A stretch of 11,417 nucleotides of DNA from Sulfurimonadaceae bacterium (GCA_041571435.1 JBFFUI010000051.1:1-11417), one strand, 5' to 3'; positions 1 through 7,780 are shown, numbered from the stretch's first letter. The notes: generated by a model not told the origin, from the sequence alone. A program made the numbers and translations.

Positions 1-984
1 AATGGCATAGCGCGGCGCAAGGTCCAGACAGATATGCTCACTGCCGGCATTGGTATCAAAATAGTTTTTGTATTGCTCTACAAACTGTGTCAATCCTGCA
101 TTGATATCTCCTGCAATGACGGCGGGAAACGGTTTGATACGAATGACATGTTCGGGTGTCAGTTCACCTTGCATGAGGATCTCTTCGAGATGAGGTAGTA
201 CAGAAAGGGTACAGGCTTCGGGTGTTTCCAGAACCGTCATGGTAATAGGACAATCACGCAGTTTTGCGACTTCATCTTTCAACATGTCGAGAAATTCCTG
301 CGAAACGGTGTGTTTGGTATCACACCGTGATGGCAGCAGGGTATGGGCTGCGATGTACTCTTCAGCCTTTGTGACAAGATCGATATGCTTCTCATAGGAC
401 TTTTTCGCATCGTCATCAAAGGTAAACAGACCGTGGTTGAGCAGGATGATCCCTTCGAGTTTGTTCCACTCTATATCTCTTGTCTTCGCGTAGATCTCTT
501 TGGAAAGCATGAAGCCTGGCATCACATAGTCGATCAGCAGCACATTGTCGCCGAAGAGCTGCTGCAACGTCTCTCTGCCGCTGGGGGTGTTGGAGATCGT
601 GACGATAGCATCGGTATGGGTATGGTCGACATAGGCAAACGGGATGATCGCATGCAGGATCGCTTCGATGGAAGGATTCGGTGCATCGGGGTTTCGCAGG
701 GCAGCACGCTGCTCTTTGACCATCTGTGAATCGCTGAGCTCGTCGCGCGTGGCCATCGCCTGGAGAACAGCAAGATTGACAGGTGAAAAGCCGGGCTCTT
801 CGATGTCGATAAGGTTCCACCCGCTCCCTTTGACATAGAGTGTGTCAGCATCTTTATAGGAGGTGTTCCCGCCGCCGTGAAGGACCAGATCCTCTGACTG
901 GCCCAAGAGTTGAGAGGTGTAGACACGCATCTGAAGCGGCGTGGTCAATGTCGCTGCTTTGGCATCGTCGAACAGACTTTTCAT
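1..984 (-). CDS. Class II aldolase/adducin-family protein (rhamnulose-1-phosphate aldolase/dehydrogenase-like N-terminal domain), 3' end runs off the window
   Basis: Translated by hand from ATG at 984: [44 protein letters not shown]...[10 protein letters not shown]...[13 protein letters not shown]...VDHTHTD...[10 protein letters not shown]. It has the GGGNTS, KGSG, PS.E, HTH and NHG class II aldolase motifs. The frame is still open at position 1 (...[10 protein letters not shown]), so the ORF track missed it. Confidence 0.9.
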   Translation of the reverse strand, partial: MKSLFDDAKAATLTTPLQMRVYTSQLLGQSEDLVLHGGGNTSYKDADTLYVKGSGWNLIDIEEPGFSPVNLAVLQAMATRDELSDSQMVKEQRAALRNPDAPNPSIEAILHAIIPFAYVDHTHTDAIVTISNTPSGRETLQQLFGDNVLLIDYVMPGFMLSKEIYAKTRDIEWNKLEGIILLNHGLFTFDDDAKKSYEKHIDLVTKAEEYIAAHTLLPSRCDTKHTVSQEFLDMLKDEVAKLRDCPITMTVLETPEACTLSVLPHLEEILMQGELTPEHVIRIKPFPAVIAGDINAGLTQFVEQYKNYFDTNAGSEHICLDLAPRYAI

Positions 985-1014
985 AAGGCTCACTTAACTA
1001 ATAGAGATAGCTGT

Positions 1015-1064
1015 ATTGTAGCGATTTTAATATTATGCAATTATGCTAATATTCTTTTTACAAT
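1015..1064. promoter_or_regulatory. Divergent sigma70 -10 boxes (TACAAT on - strand at 1015-1020 for the aldolase; TACAAT on + strand at 1059-1064 for luxS)
   Basis: Both hexamers lie in an AT-rich 99-bp intergenic gap at suitable distances from the starts. luxS has the SD-like GAAGGA upstream of its ATG. Confidence 0.5.
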
Positions 1065-1083
1065 TAGATTGAAGGATGTTTTC

Positions 1084-1593
1084 ATGCCACTTTTAGACAG
1101 CTTTACCGTAGATCACACTATTATGCCGGCACCGGCTGTTCGCCGTGCCAAGGGGATGCAGACGCCATCAGGCGACAAGCTGACTGTGTTTGACCTGCGT
1201 TTTTACAAACCGAATAAAGCGAAGATGACAACAGAAGGTGCCCACACACTCGAGCACCTCTTTGCAGGGTTTATGCGTGAGCACCTTAACTCCGACACGG
1301 TCGAGATCATTGATCTTTCACCGATGGGCTGCCAGACAGGTTTCTATATGAGCCTTATAGGCGAGCCGGATGAAGAGACGGTCGCAAAAGCCTGGGAAGA
1401 GTCGATGAAGGATGTCCTGGCAGTGAAAAGCCAAGACAATATTCCCGAGCTGAATGTCTACCAGTGCGGTACCTACAAGATGCACTCGCTTGACGATGCG
1501 AAAAAGATCGCTACGGACGTCTTGAACAGCGGTATTGGTATTATGGACAATGATGCCCTTGCACTGGATCTTTCAAAAGTAGGTCAAGCCTAA
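1084..1593 (+). CDS. luxS: S-ribosylhomocysteine lyase (AI-2 synthase)
   Basis: [13 protein letters not shown]-terminus, HTLEH metal motif, [11 protein letters not shown] and QCG..H motifs. The real start is ATG 1084 after AAGGA; the 910 start in the track overlaps the aldolase gene. Confidence 0.97.
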   Translation: MPLLDSFTVDHTIMPAPAVRRAKGMQTPSGDKLTVFDLRFYKPNKAKMTTEGAHTLEHLFAGFMREHLNSDTVEIIDLSPMGCQTGFYMSLIGEPDEETVAKAWEESMKDVLAVKSQDNIPELNVYQCGTYKMHSLDDAKKIATDVLNSGIGIMDNDALALDLSKVGQA

Positions 1594-1896
1594 ATGTTCA
1601 TATTATTACCGATGGACAGCGATGATACGCAAGAGGGGAAACTCGTTTCGATCAACGATGTGAAAAAATGGGCCGTGCTCAATATCGAAGAGGGTCAGGT
1701 CGTTGAGATCAACTACTATGACAACAGAGATGCTATCGAAGAGTGGGTCGAAGCGGTTGTGGTCGTCGGCAATTATGAACCGGTGATGGAGTTCCTCGAA
1801 CAGCAGATCATGGTGCTGGTCGCACACACGCAGCGTCACATCGATGACATTGTCGAGGCTTTTCTCTTTAAAGAGCTGCACGACATGCCATACTAG
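1594..1896 (+). CDS. Small acidic hypothetical protein, possibly NifX/NifB (FeMo-cofactor-binding-like) fold
   Basis: ATG directly follows the luxS TAA. The pattern I(L)LPM...beta strands...VEAVVV...I.VL...IDDIVEAFL..EL recalls the NifX-like fold; the fold call is tentative. Confidence 0.75.
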   Translation: MFILLPMDSDDTQEGKLVSINDVKKWAVLNIEEGQVVEINYYDNRDAIEEWVEAVVVVGNYEPVMEFLEQQIMVLVAHTQRHIDDIVEAFLFKELHDMPY

Positions 1897-1909
1897 ACAG
1901 CACGATCAG

Positions 1910-2404
1910 ATGCACACCTATACGCAGTTTTTAGAGTTGATCAAACCGCAGCCCGGGTTTAAAGTGTTGGACATTACGTCGCATGCCGACGATTTGACGG
2001 AGGCTGTTAAAGTGCATTTGGAAGCTTACCCAAGGCATCGACTGGCACTTGCCCAATACCCGGGGGAGCATCAGGCCTTTGCTGCCAGCGACGCGCTAAA
2101 AATACAAAATATCCCGAACTACGGTGCCCCTTTCCGCGCACTGCCGCGAGACAACGACATTGTGATCATCCGCGACGTACTGCACCAGCACTCCCAGGCA
2201 GAACGCATCCTAAAAGCCATCTACACCACGCTGGCGAACACCGGTGATGTCATCGTCGTGACGAAAGATGAAAACGCCGATATCGAAGCGCAAAAAGAGA
2301 TGTTGGAGCGACTGGAGTTCCGTGCTCCCAATAGTATAGAGATACTTGACGGTTACACCATCGTCATGGCCAAGAAGATGCACATGTGGGGCAACGGTCT
2401 GTAG
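1910..2404 (+). CDS. Class I SAM-methyltransferase-like protein with degenerate motif I
   Basis: QPGFKVLDITSH (motif I position), DIVIIRDVLHQ and ILKAIYTTLANTGDVIVV match the Rossmann MTase layout. ATG 1910 was chosen to avoid overlap with the upstream gene. Confidence 0.75.
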   Translation: MHTYTQFLELIKPQPGFKVLDITSHADDLTEAVKVHLEAYPRHRLALAQYPGEHQAFAASDALKIQNIPNYGAPFRALPRDNDIVIIRDVLHQHSQAERILKAIYTTLANTGDVIVVTKDENADIEAQKEMLERLEFRAPNSIEILDGYTIVMAKKMHMWGNGL

Positions 2405-3168
2405 TGGCATTTAATACTGCAAAACATAAGATGGTGGAGAGTGAGGACGGCAGCTTTACCGCCTACAGCAGCGAATTTAACGAACATTATCACTCGACCA
2501 GAGACGGTGCGCTTCACGAGTCGCTTTATAAGCATGTCATTCCGGCATTTGAACATCACAAAGATAAAGACGAACTGACGATACTCGATATCTGTTTCGG
2601 TCTCGGGTTCAATACCTTGGCGACACTCTACTATATGCAGGAGAAGGATATTAAGAAAAAAATACGTATCTTCTCACCTGAATTCGATGCGGAACTGATC
2701 GCATCGCTAAGATTGTTCACCTATCCCGAGATTTTTAGACCGTTCCTGCCGATTATCGAAGCGCTCAGCACCGAAAACGTCTATAAAGACGAGAGCCTCT
2801 ATATCGAGCTCTATATCGGTGATGCGCGGGAGTACCTACGGACGTGCAGTGAACGTTTCGACATTGTCTACCAGGATGCCTTCAGCCCTGCGACAAACCC
2901 AATGCTCTGGACAAAGGAGTACTTCGAAGATATTGCCCGCCTGATCAAAGATGACGGCATACTGACCACCTACTCAATGGCATTGAAAACACGTCTGGCA
3001 CTGTATGAGAATGGGTTTAAGATCTATATCAACCGCGGGGAAGGGCATCGGGATGCGACCTTGGCATCAAAAAGCGAATTAAACGGTTATGAAAAGGTGG
3101 ATATGGCGCATAAGATAGCCTGTAACAAGGACGTTAGACCTTTAAATGATAGTGATCTGCCGGCTTAG
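2404..3168 (+). CDS. mnmD: Stand-alone MnmC-type (MnmD) tRNA mnm5s2U34 methyltransferase domain protein
   Basis: EDGSFT.YS.EF.EHYHS..DGAL.ES..KH, ILDICFGLGFN, YQDAFSP..NP.LWT and G.LTTYS motifs. The probable GTG start at 2404 overlaps the upstream TAG; ATG 2431 is an alternative. Confidence 0.85.
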   Translation: MAFNTAKHKMVESEDGSFTAYSSEFNEHYHSTRDGALHESLYKHVIPAFEHHKDKDELTILDICFGLGFNTLATLYYMQEKDIKKKIRIFSPEFDAELIASLRLFTYPEIFRPFLPIIEALSTENVYKDESLYIELYIGDAREYLRTCSERFDIVYQDAFSPATNPMLWTKEYFEDIARLIKDDGILTTYSMALKTRLALYENGFKIYINRGEGHRDATLASKSELNGYEKVDMAHKIACNKDVRPLNDSDLPA

Positions 3169-3182
3169 AAGATAGCTGCATT

Positions 3183-3794
3183 TCAGTAGAGGGCGCTGAT
3201 CTGATCGACGGTCTTCCAATCCAGAGAACTTTTTTTATGGGCAATGATGTGCTCGATATAACGGGCAAACATGTCAGTCTCGATATTAACGCGGCTTCCT
3301 ATTTTATAGCTTCCAAAGAGTGTCTCTTTCATCGTGATCGGGATGATAGTCAGACGGAAAGAGCTCTCAAACACCTCATTGACAGTCAGGCTGACACCGT
3401 CAATAGTGATAGAGCCTTTCGGGACAATATATGCAATGTACTTTGGATCGATCTCGACAAAAACATCGTAGGAGTTGCCGTTGTTCTTGATCTGCGTGAT
3501 GGTGCCGATGGTGTCGACATGCCCTTGAACGATATGGCCTTCGAAACGGTCACCCATCATCATCGCCGGCTCCATATGCACTTTGCCTTTATAGTTCTCC
3601 ATGGCGACATGACTCTGCGTCTCAGGAGAGAGCTCGACACTGAAACCGTCACCGGACAAAGCAGTGACGCTCAGGCATGTACCGTTGATGGCAATGGAGT
3701 CACCCAACTTTGGTCGGTATGAAGCCTGCAGTGTCAGTGTGTTGTTGGCAAAACTTTTGACAGTGGCCATCTCACGTATAAGTCCTGTAAACAA
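3183..3794 (-). CDS. ribE: Riboflavin synthase (alpha chain)
   Basis: MFTGL N-terminus, GDSIAINGTCL, GHIVQGHVD, KGSITIDGVSLTV and VNIETD motifs. TTG start. Confidence 0.96.
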   Translation of the reverse strand: MFTGLIREMATVKSFANNTLTLQASYRPKLGDSIAINGTCLSVTALSGDGFSVELSPETQSHVAMENYKGKVHMEPAMMMGDRFEGHIVQGHVDTIGTITQIKNNGNSYDVFVEIDPKYIAYIVPKGSITIDGVSLTVNEVFESSFRLTIIPITMKETLFGSYKIGSRVNIETDMFARYIEHIIAHKKSSLDWKTVDQISALY

Positions 3795-3817
3795 ATAAAG
3801 CCTTTAATTTTAGAGAT

Positions 3818-3826
3818 ATTATAACA
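3818..3826 (-). promoter_or_regulatory. Extended -10 promoter of riboflavin synthase
   Basis: TGtTATAAT on the - strand 23 nt before the start codon, followed by the SD-like AAAGG. Confidence 0.6.
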
Positions 3827-3870
3827 AAATAGAGGCGGGCGCTCTATACCGGCCCATTACGCTGAGGTGT

Positions 3871-4557
3871 TTAAAAAACGATCTTGCCGTCTTCTTGCAA
3901 TCCTGCAATGATCTTCTTGGCTTTTTCATGCCCGGCGTAGGCCGCTTTTCGGCAGAGGTCAAGGGCTTTGTCATGATCTTCATTGACGCCTAAACCCTGG
4001 TCGTAAAGAAGACCGAGGTTGTAATACCCTTCTGCCAACTCTTGTTCAGCCGCCCGTGAGAAACAGATAAAGGCGCGCTGGTAATCTTGGTGGACACCGT
4101 GCCCCTCTTTATAGAGGGCCCCAAGGTTGTTGAACGCTTGGGGGTGTCCACGTTTTGCCGCCTCTTCATACCAGAATGCCGCTTCCGAATAGTTCTGGAC
4201 ACAGCCAAGGCCACGCTCCAGCATCAGGGCCACTTCATACATGGCAGGGGGTACTTCTCTCTCTGCAGCTTCAAGAAAAAGATCGTGGGCCTTGAACTGG
4301 TCATGTTCCACACCGCCAATGCCGTTGCTGTAGAGGATACCCAGGTTGAAAAGGGCATAGGGCTGTTTCTGTTCGGCAGCTTGAAGGTAATACTCCAAGG
4401 CCTTTTCATCGCTCTTCTCGACACCAAAGCCGTTTTGGTACATAAAGGCTAAAGAGGTCATAGCAGTCGCATCGCCGTTTTGCGCGAGTGCCTCATAGAG
4501 TGTGAACGCCTTGTCGTAATCTTGTGCGTTATATGCTTCATGCGCTTTTTGGATCAT
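3871..4557 (-). CDS. Sel1-like repeat (TPR) protein, no signal peptide
   Basis: About five to six 36-aa repeats of the form A...LG.LY..G.GV..D..KA...Y..AAE.G. Confidence 0.92.
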   Translation of the reverse strand: MIQKAHEAYNAQDYDKAFTLYEALAQNGDATAMTSLAFMYQNGFGVEKSDEKALEYYLQAAEQKQPYALFNLGILYSNGIGGVEHDQFKAHDLFLEAAEREVPPAMYEVALMLERGLGCVQNYSEAAFWYEEAAKRGHPQAFNNLGALYKEGHGVHQDYQRAFICFSRAAEQELAEGYYNLGLLYDQGLGVNEDHDKALDLCRKAAYAGHEKAKKIIAGLQEDGKIVF

Positions 4558-4607
4558 GATTATTCTCGATTATTAAGTAGTTGCAGGATTTTAGTGCGTT
4601 TGGGGTT

Positions 4608-4633
4608 AAGAGTGACTAAATAGAATCACTCCC
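4608..4633 (-). terminator. Possible terminator-like hairpin after the 62-aa ORF
   Basis: On the - strand GGGAGTGAT-TCTATTTA-GTCACTCTT forms a 9-bp stem with G-U pairs; the U-tract is weak. Confidence 0.3.
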
Positions 4634-4666
4634 TTGGATATTTAAGAATATGCTGATACGTTGTTT

Positions 4667-4855
4667 CTAGCGTCGAACTTTTCTGTCACCACGATTTTCA
4701 GTCTTACGTTTCGTGATCAGTTTTTTCAGGCGCTCTTTTTCATCAAGGTGATCTTCACGGATAAGGTGTTCGCTTCCCCCATCCACTTCAGGATCGTAAT
4801 ACATGATCTCCGGGACATAGTCTTTAAACAGTTCTTTGGCGCTTTTTTTTGCCAT
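4667..4855 (-). CDS. Small charged hypothetical protein (62 aa)
   Basis: MAKKSAKELFKDYVPEIMYYDPE...KVRR with a strong SD (GAGGAG) 6 nt before ATG 4855. The longer track ORF overlaps the opposite gene. Confidence 0.75.
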   Translation of the reverse strand: MAKKSAKELFKDYVPEIMYYDPEVDGGSEHLIREDHLDEKERLKKLITKRKTENRGDRKVRR

Positions 4856-4967
4856 GCTGTGCTCCTCATGAATTCGTAGCTCTATTTTAGAGTGTAATGA
4901 CTTACAAAAGTTATAAAGCTTGCGGTATGTCAAACCTTTCTTTGGAAAAAGAGCGTAAAGTAGCAGT

Positions 4968-5414
4968 ATGAATATCATACTGTTTGTCCATATTTTATCG
5001 GCCACCGCATGGATAGGTGGATCTCTGCTACTGTTTGCGTTGGGTATTTTTATACGTGACAAGCAGGCGCAGACGGATGTCTATGATCAGCTCGGCCCTA
5101 TTTACGGCTATTTTGAGACATTCTGGCTGCTGACCTTACTGGGTACCGGCACTTTTATGTTTTTATATCATGGCATAGGCGATGTGCTTTTATACGCGCC
5201 GGAGTCTATATTGGGGCAGAACATGATTCATAAGTTGTATGCTGTGGGACTGATCACGCTCTTTACCATCGTCCACATGGCCATCGCATTCAAAGTGCAT
5301 AAGTCAAACCGGACAATGCTTCAGAACATTCTGATGCGGGGAAGTTCACTGCTGATCTTTATTTTGAATATTGTGATCTTGTGGTTTGCGATCGGGGTGC
5401 GATCTTCTTTATAA
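4968..5414 (+). CDS. Four-TM membrane protein, CopD/DUF4149-like
   Basis: LFVHILSATAWIGG motif, four hydrophobic segments, KL..V and H in TM3. Confidence 0.8.
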   Translation: MNIILFVHILSATAWIGGSLLLFALGIFIRDKQAQTDVYDQLGPIYGYFETFWLLTLLGTGTFMFLYHGIGDVLLYAPESILGQNMIHKLYAVGLITLFTIVHMAIAFKVHKSNRTMLQNILMRGSSLLIFILNIVILWFAIGVRSSL

Positions 5415-5482
5415 CGTTTTTGTGTTGTAAAAGGGTCTGTGAAAAATGTGTGCTAAAGGGTGTGATGAGGTCGGATCGTAAA

Positions 5483-5506
5483 ATCACGGGCAAGAAGCCT
5501 CGTGAT
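5483..5506 (-). terminator. Intrinsic terminator of the FKBP gene (between convergent genes)
   Basis: On the - strand ATCACG(A)GGC-TTCTT-GCCCGTGAT is followed by TTT, 8 nt past the stop codon. Confidence 0.6.
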
Positions 5507-5514
5507 CGATAGGC

Positions 5515-6234
5515 TTACTTTTTGATCTCTAACAGTTCGATATCAAACAGAAGCGTTGAGTTTGGTGCAATCGTCTGGCCTGCACCGCGTTCGCCATAGG
5601 CAAGGCTTGCCGGGATGAACAGCTGCCATTTGGCACCGACTTTCATATGTTGAAGCGCTTCTGTCCAGCCTGGGATAACACCGTTTACCGGGAAAGTTGC
5701 AGGTTGACCGCGCTGAACAGAACTGTCAAAGACCTGGCCATTGATCAATGTACCGGTATAGTGGGTGACAACGGTGTCGCTAGCTGTAGGTGTTGCACCG
5801 GTTCCCGTTTTGATAACTTTGTATTGAAGACCGCTTGGCAGGGTAACAACACCCTCTTTGGTTTTATTCTCAGCAAGGAACTTTTCACCTTCAGCTTTGT
5901 TTGTTTCAGCCAGTTTCAACATCTCTTGTTGTGCTTTTTCCTGAACCTTCTGTTGGAAAGCCATCTTGGCCTCTTGCATCTGCTGATCCGTCAGTTTCAG
6001 TTCGGTGCCGTTCATTGCATCGTTGAGACCTGCAATAAGGGCTTTGCTGTCAATACCATCTTTCGTCATCGCAAGCTGTGCGCCGATCTGTGCACCGATA
6101 GCATAACCGACCTTCTGCTCTTGTGTGGTCAGGTCAGGTGCCGCAGCTGTTTCAGCTTTTTTTTCTTCGTTACATCCGGCCATAGTCATTCCGACTAGAG
6201 CGATCGCGAGAGTGGAGAGATAGATTTTTTTCAT
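5515..6234 (-). CDS. FKBP-type peptidyl-prolyl isomerase, FkpA/Mip-like lipoprotein
   Basis: MKK + hydrophobic stretch + lipobox MAG-C, FKBP_N dimerisation domain (YAIG..IG), long linker helix, and catalytic domain (SGLQY, HYTGTLING.VFDSS, VIPGWTEAL, LAYG, LLFDIELL). Start ATG 6234. Confidence 0.93.
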   Translation of the reverse strand: MKKIYLSTLAIALVGMTMAGCNEEKKAETAAAPDLTTQEQKVGYAIGAQIGAQLAMTKDGIDSKALIAGLNDAMNGTELKLTDQQMQEAKMAFQQKVQEKAQQEMLKLAETNKAEGEKFLAENKTKEGVVTLPSGLQYKVIKTGTGATPTASDTVVTHYTGTLINGQVFDSSVQRGQPATFPVNGVIPGWTEALQHMKVGAKWQLFIPASLAYGERGAGQTIAPNSTLLFDIELLEIKK

Positions 6235-6327
6235 GGAGTTCTTCTTTCGTTTAAATTTTAATGCTGAGAAATATAACGAAAAATAATTAATGAAAGTAAA
6301 TGAGAGCGGATTTGCCCTCAAATGTGA

Positions 6328-6645
6328 TTATTCTGAGATATACGAGCAGCAGTAGTCTGTCGGTGTCTTGATGACAAGGTCGAATGAGCTGTTGGCAGGA
6401 ACCTCAAAAGTGCAGGGTGCTTTCATAGCTTTAAAGCTCTCTTCGCCGGGAAGCTTCAGGTCAAATTCGCCGGCCATGATCTCCATTACCTCATATTCGT
6501 CGGTACCGAATGTGTATTCACCCGGCATCATAAAGCCCAGTGTCTTGCGGCTGCCGTCGTCAAACTTGATAGTACGGCTTGATACTTTGCCGTCAAAATA
6601 GATGTTGGCCTTTTTGACGACAGTCACATTGTTGAATTCACTCAT
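6328..6645 (-). CDS. ppnP: Pyrimidine/purine nucleoside phosphorylase (DUF1255/YaiE)
   Basis: [37 protein letters not shown] and DYCCSY motifs; SD AAGGA. Confidence 0.93.
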   Translation of the reverse strand: MSEFNNVTVVKKANIYFDGKVSSRTIKFDDGSRKTLGFMMPGEYTFGTDEYEVMEIMAGEFDLKLPGEESFKAMKAPCTFEVPANSSFDLVIKTPTDYCCSYISE

Positions 6646-6670
6646 GATTTTCCTTTTAAATATTTGCGCG

Positions 6671-6679
6671 ATTGTAGCA
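6671..6679 (-). promoter_or_regulatory. Extended -10 promoter of ppnP
   Basis: TGcTACAAT on the - strand followed by a GC-rich CGCGC discriminator. Confidence 0.55.
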
Positions 6680-6701
6680 TTATTGCTTTATGCGTTTGCT
6701 T

Positions 6702-6911
6702 TTATTTCTTCAGCGGTTTGACCAACTGCTTGATCTCTTTGGGAAGGTGGGCGAAAGTGACTTCATGTGTCCCTTTTGAACCTGCTTCCATGCATTTGAG
6801 TTCAACGGCTTGGATCTCAGGCATGTAGCGCATCAGTTTCTCTTGTTTTTGATCGAGTGTAAAGACAATGTTTTGCGCACTGTAGTCAACACTTTTTTTC
6901 TTTTTCGCCAT
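6702..6911 (-). CDS. Small basic hypothetical protein (69 aa)
   Basis: Starts 2 nt after the cvfB-like stop, with an SD-like AGGGA; ends FAHLPKEIKQLVKPLKK. Confidence 0.75.
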   Translation of the reverse strand: MAKKKKSVDYSAQNIVFTLDQKQEKLMRYMPEIQAVELKCMEAGSKGTHEVTFAHLPKEIKQLVKPLKK

Positions 6912-6913
6912 CG

Positions 6914-7768
6914 TTATCCCTGCTTTTTATAGATACCTGTCTCAGTGACTTCGATCTCGCCTGCATCGATCAGTGTTGTCAATGCGCGTTTATAGTTCTT
7001 TTTACTCAACCCGAAGACCGTATTGATCAGCTCAGCATCGCTTTTGTAGTTATAAGGCAGTGAGCCGTTGTTCTCCTCCAACAGCTGAAGGATCTTATCT
7101 GTAGCGATATCCGTTTTTGCGGCGGTACCTATAGGCTGTAGCGAGATGTCAAAGTTGCCGTCTTTGCGTATCTGTTTGACAAAGCCTTTTTTAGTGTCGC
7201 CGACGGCGATCTCTTCAAAGATCTCATTAGTAAAGAGCATGCCGGAGTATTTGTTGTCCACAATGACTTTGAAACCCAGCGGTGTTTTGGCGATGACCAG
7301 CAGCTTTACCGGTCTGTTTTTATAGTAACCCTCTTCAACTTCATGTGAGAGAAATTGTTTGATCTTTTCAACACCTAAAAGACGTTCGCTCTGTTCATCT
7401 TTAACAATCCGAAGGATGCGTTTGTCACCGATTCTAAAGGGTGTTTTTTGACGGTTCTTGGGAACAAAAAGATCCTTTGGCAGCCCCCAGTTGACAAAGG
7501 CGCCAAATTCAGCGATATCGACAACTTCGAAAAAGCCGAATTCGTCTACCATAGCTTTTGGTGTGTCGGTTGTTGCGACAAGACGGTCTTCGCTGTCAGT
7601 GTATACAAAGACCTCGATCTCCTGGTCAACAGTCATAGTATCAGTGACATATTGTCCCGGAAGAAGCAGGTCTTCTTCATCTTGTGCCATCAGGTAGATA
7701 CCCGGTTCGGTAAACCGGTCTATTCGTAGGGTGTTTATCTTCCCTAACTCTATTTTTTCATTAATCAT
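6914..7768 (-). CDS. cvfB: CvfB/YitL-family S1-domain RNA-binding protein
   Basis: LG.INTL, VFVYTDSEDRLVAT, FGAFVNWGLPKDLFVP, TPLGF and a C-terminal winged helix (FGLSKKNYKRAL..L). Confidence 0.9.
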   Translation of the reverse strand: MINEKIELGKINTLRIDRFTEPGIYLMAQDEEDLLLPGQYVTDTMTVDQEIEVFVYTDSEDRLVATTDTPKAMVDEFGFFEVVDIAEFGAFVNWGLPKDLFVPKNRQKTPFRIGDKRILRIVKDEQSERLLGVEKIKQFLSHEVEEGYYKNRPVKLLVIAKTPLGFKVIVDNKYSGMLFTNEIFEEIAVGDTKKGFVKQIRKDGNFDISLQPIGTAAKTDIATDKILQLLEENNGSLPYNYKSDAELINTVFGLSKKNYKRALTTLIDAGEIEVTETGIYKKQG

Positions 7769-7774
7769 AGTTGA

Positions 7775-7780
7775 ATTATA
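7775..7780 (-). promoter_or_regulatory. -10 box of cvfB (probably leaderless mRNA)
   Basis: Perfect TATAAT 6 nt upstream of the ATG, with no SD. Confidence 0.6.

Noticed and set aside
343-926. Track ORFs 343-729, 416-820, 534-926 and 644-838
   Set aside because: They are shadow frames of the class II aldolase gene (984 to <1, - strand), which has clear family motifs.
910-1083. 58-aa N-terminal extension of LuxS
   Set aside because: It overlaps the divergent aldolase gene and the promoter region. The canonical MPLLDSF start at 1084 has an SD.
3795-3870. FMN riboswitch upstream of riboflavin synthase
   Set aside because: The extended -10 is only 23 nt from the start codon and no FMN aptamer motifs are present. 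The small ATAGAG/CTCTAT hairpin is more likely a terminator for the Sel1 gene.
3900-4500. Periodic sequence similarity suggesting a DNA repeat array or CRISPR
   Set aside because: It is explained by protein-level Sel1 repeats; there are no identical direct repeats with spacers.
4856-5062. Long N-terminal extension of ORF 4667-5062, and ORF 4661-4879 (+)
   Set aside because: These overlap real genes on the opposite strand. The strong SD supports ATG 4855.
5647-7729. Antisense ORFs 5647-6198, 6368-6601, 7448-7729 and 7458-7697
   Set aside because: They are antisense shadows of the FKBP, ppnP and cvfB genes with no recognisable motifs.
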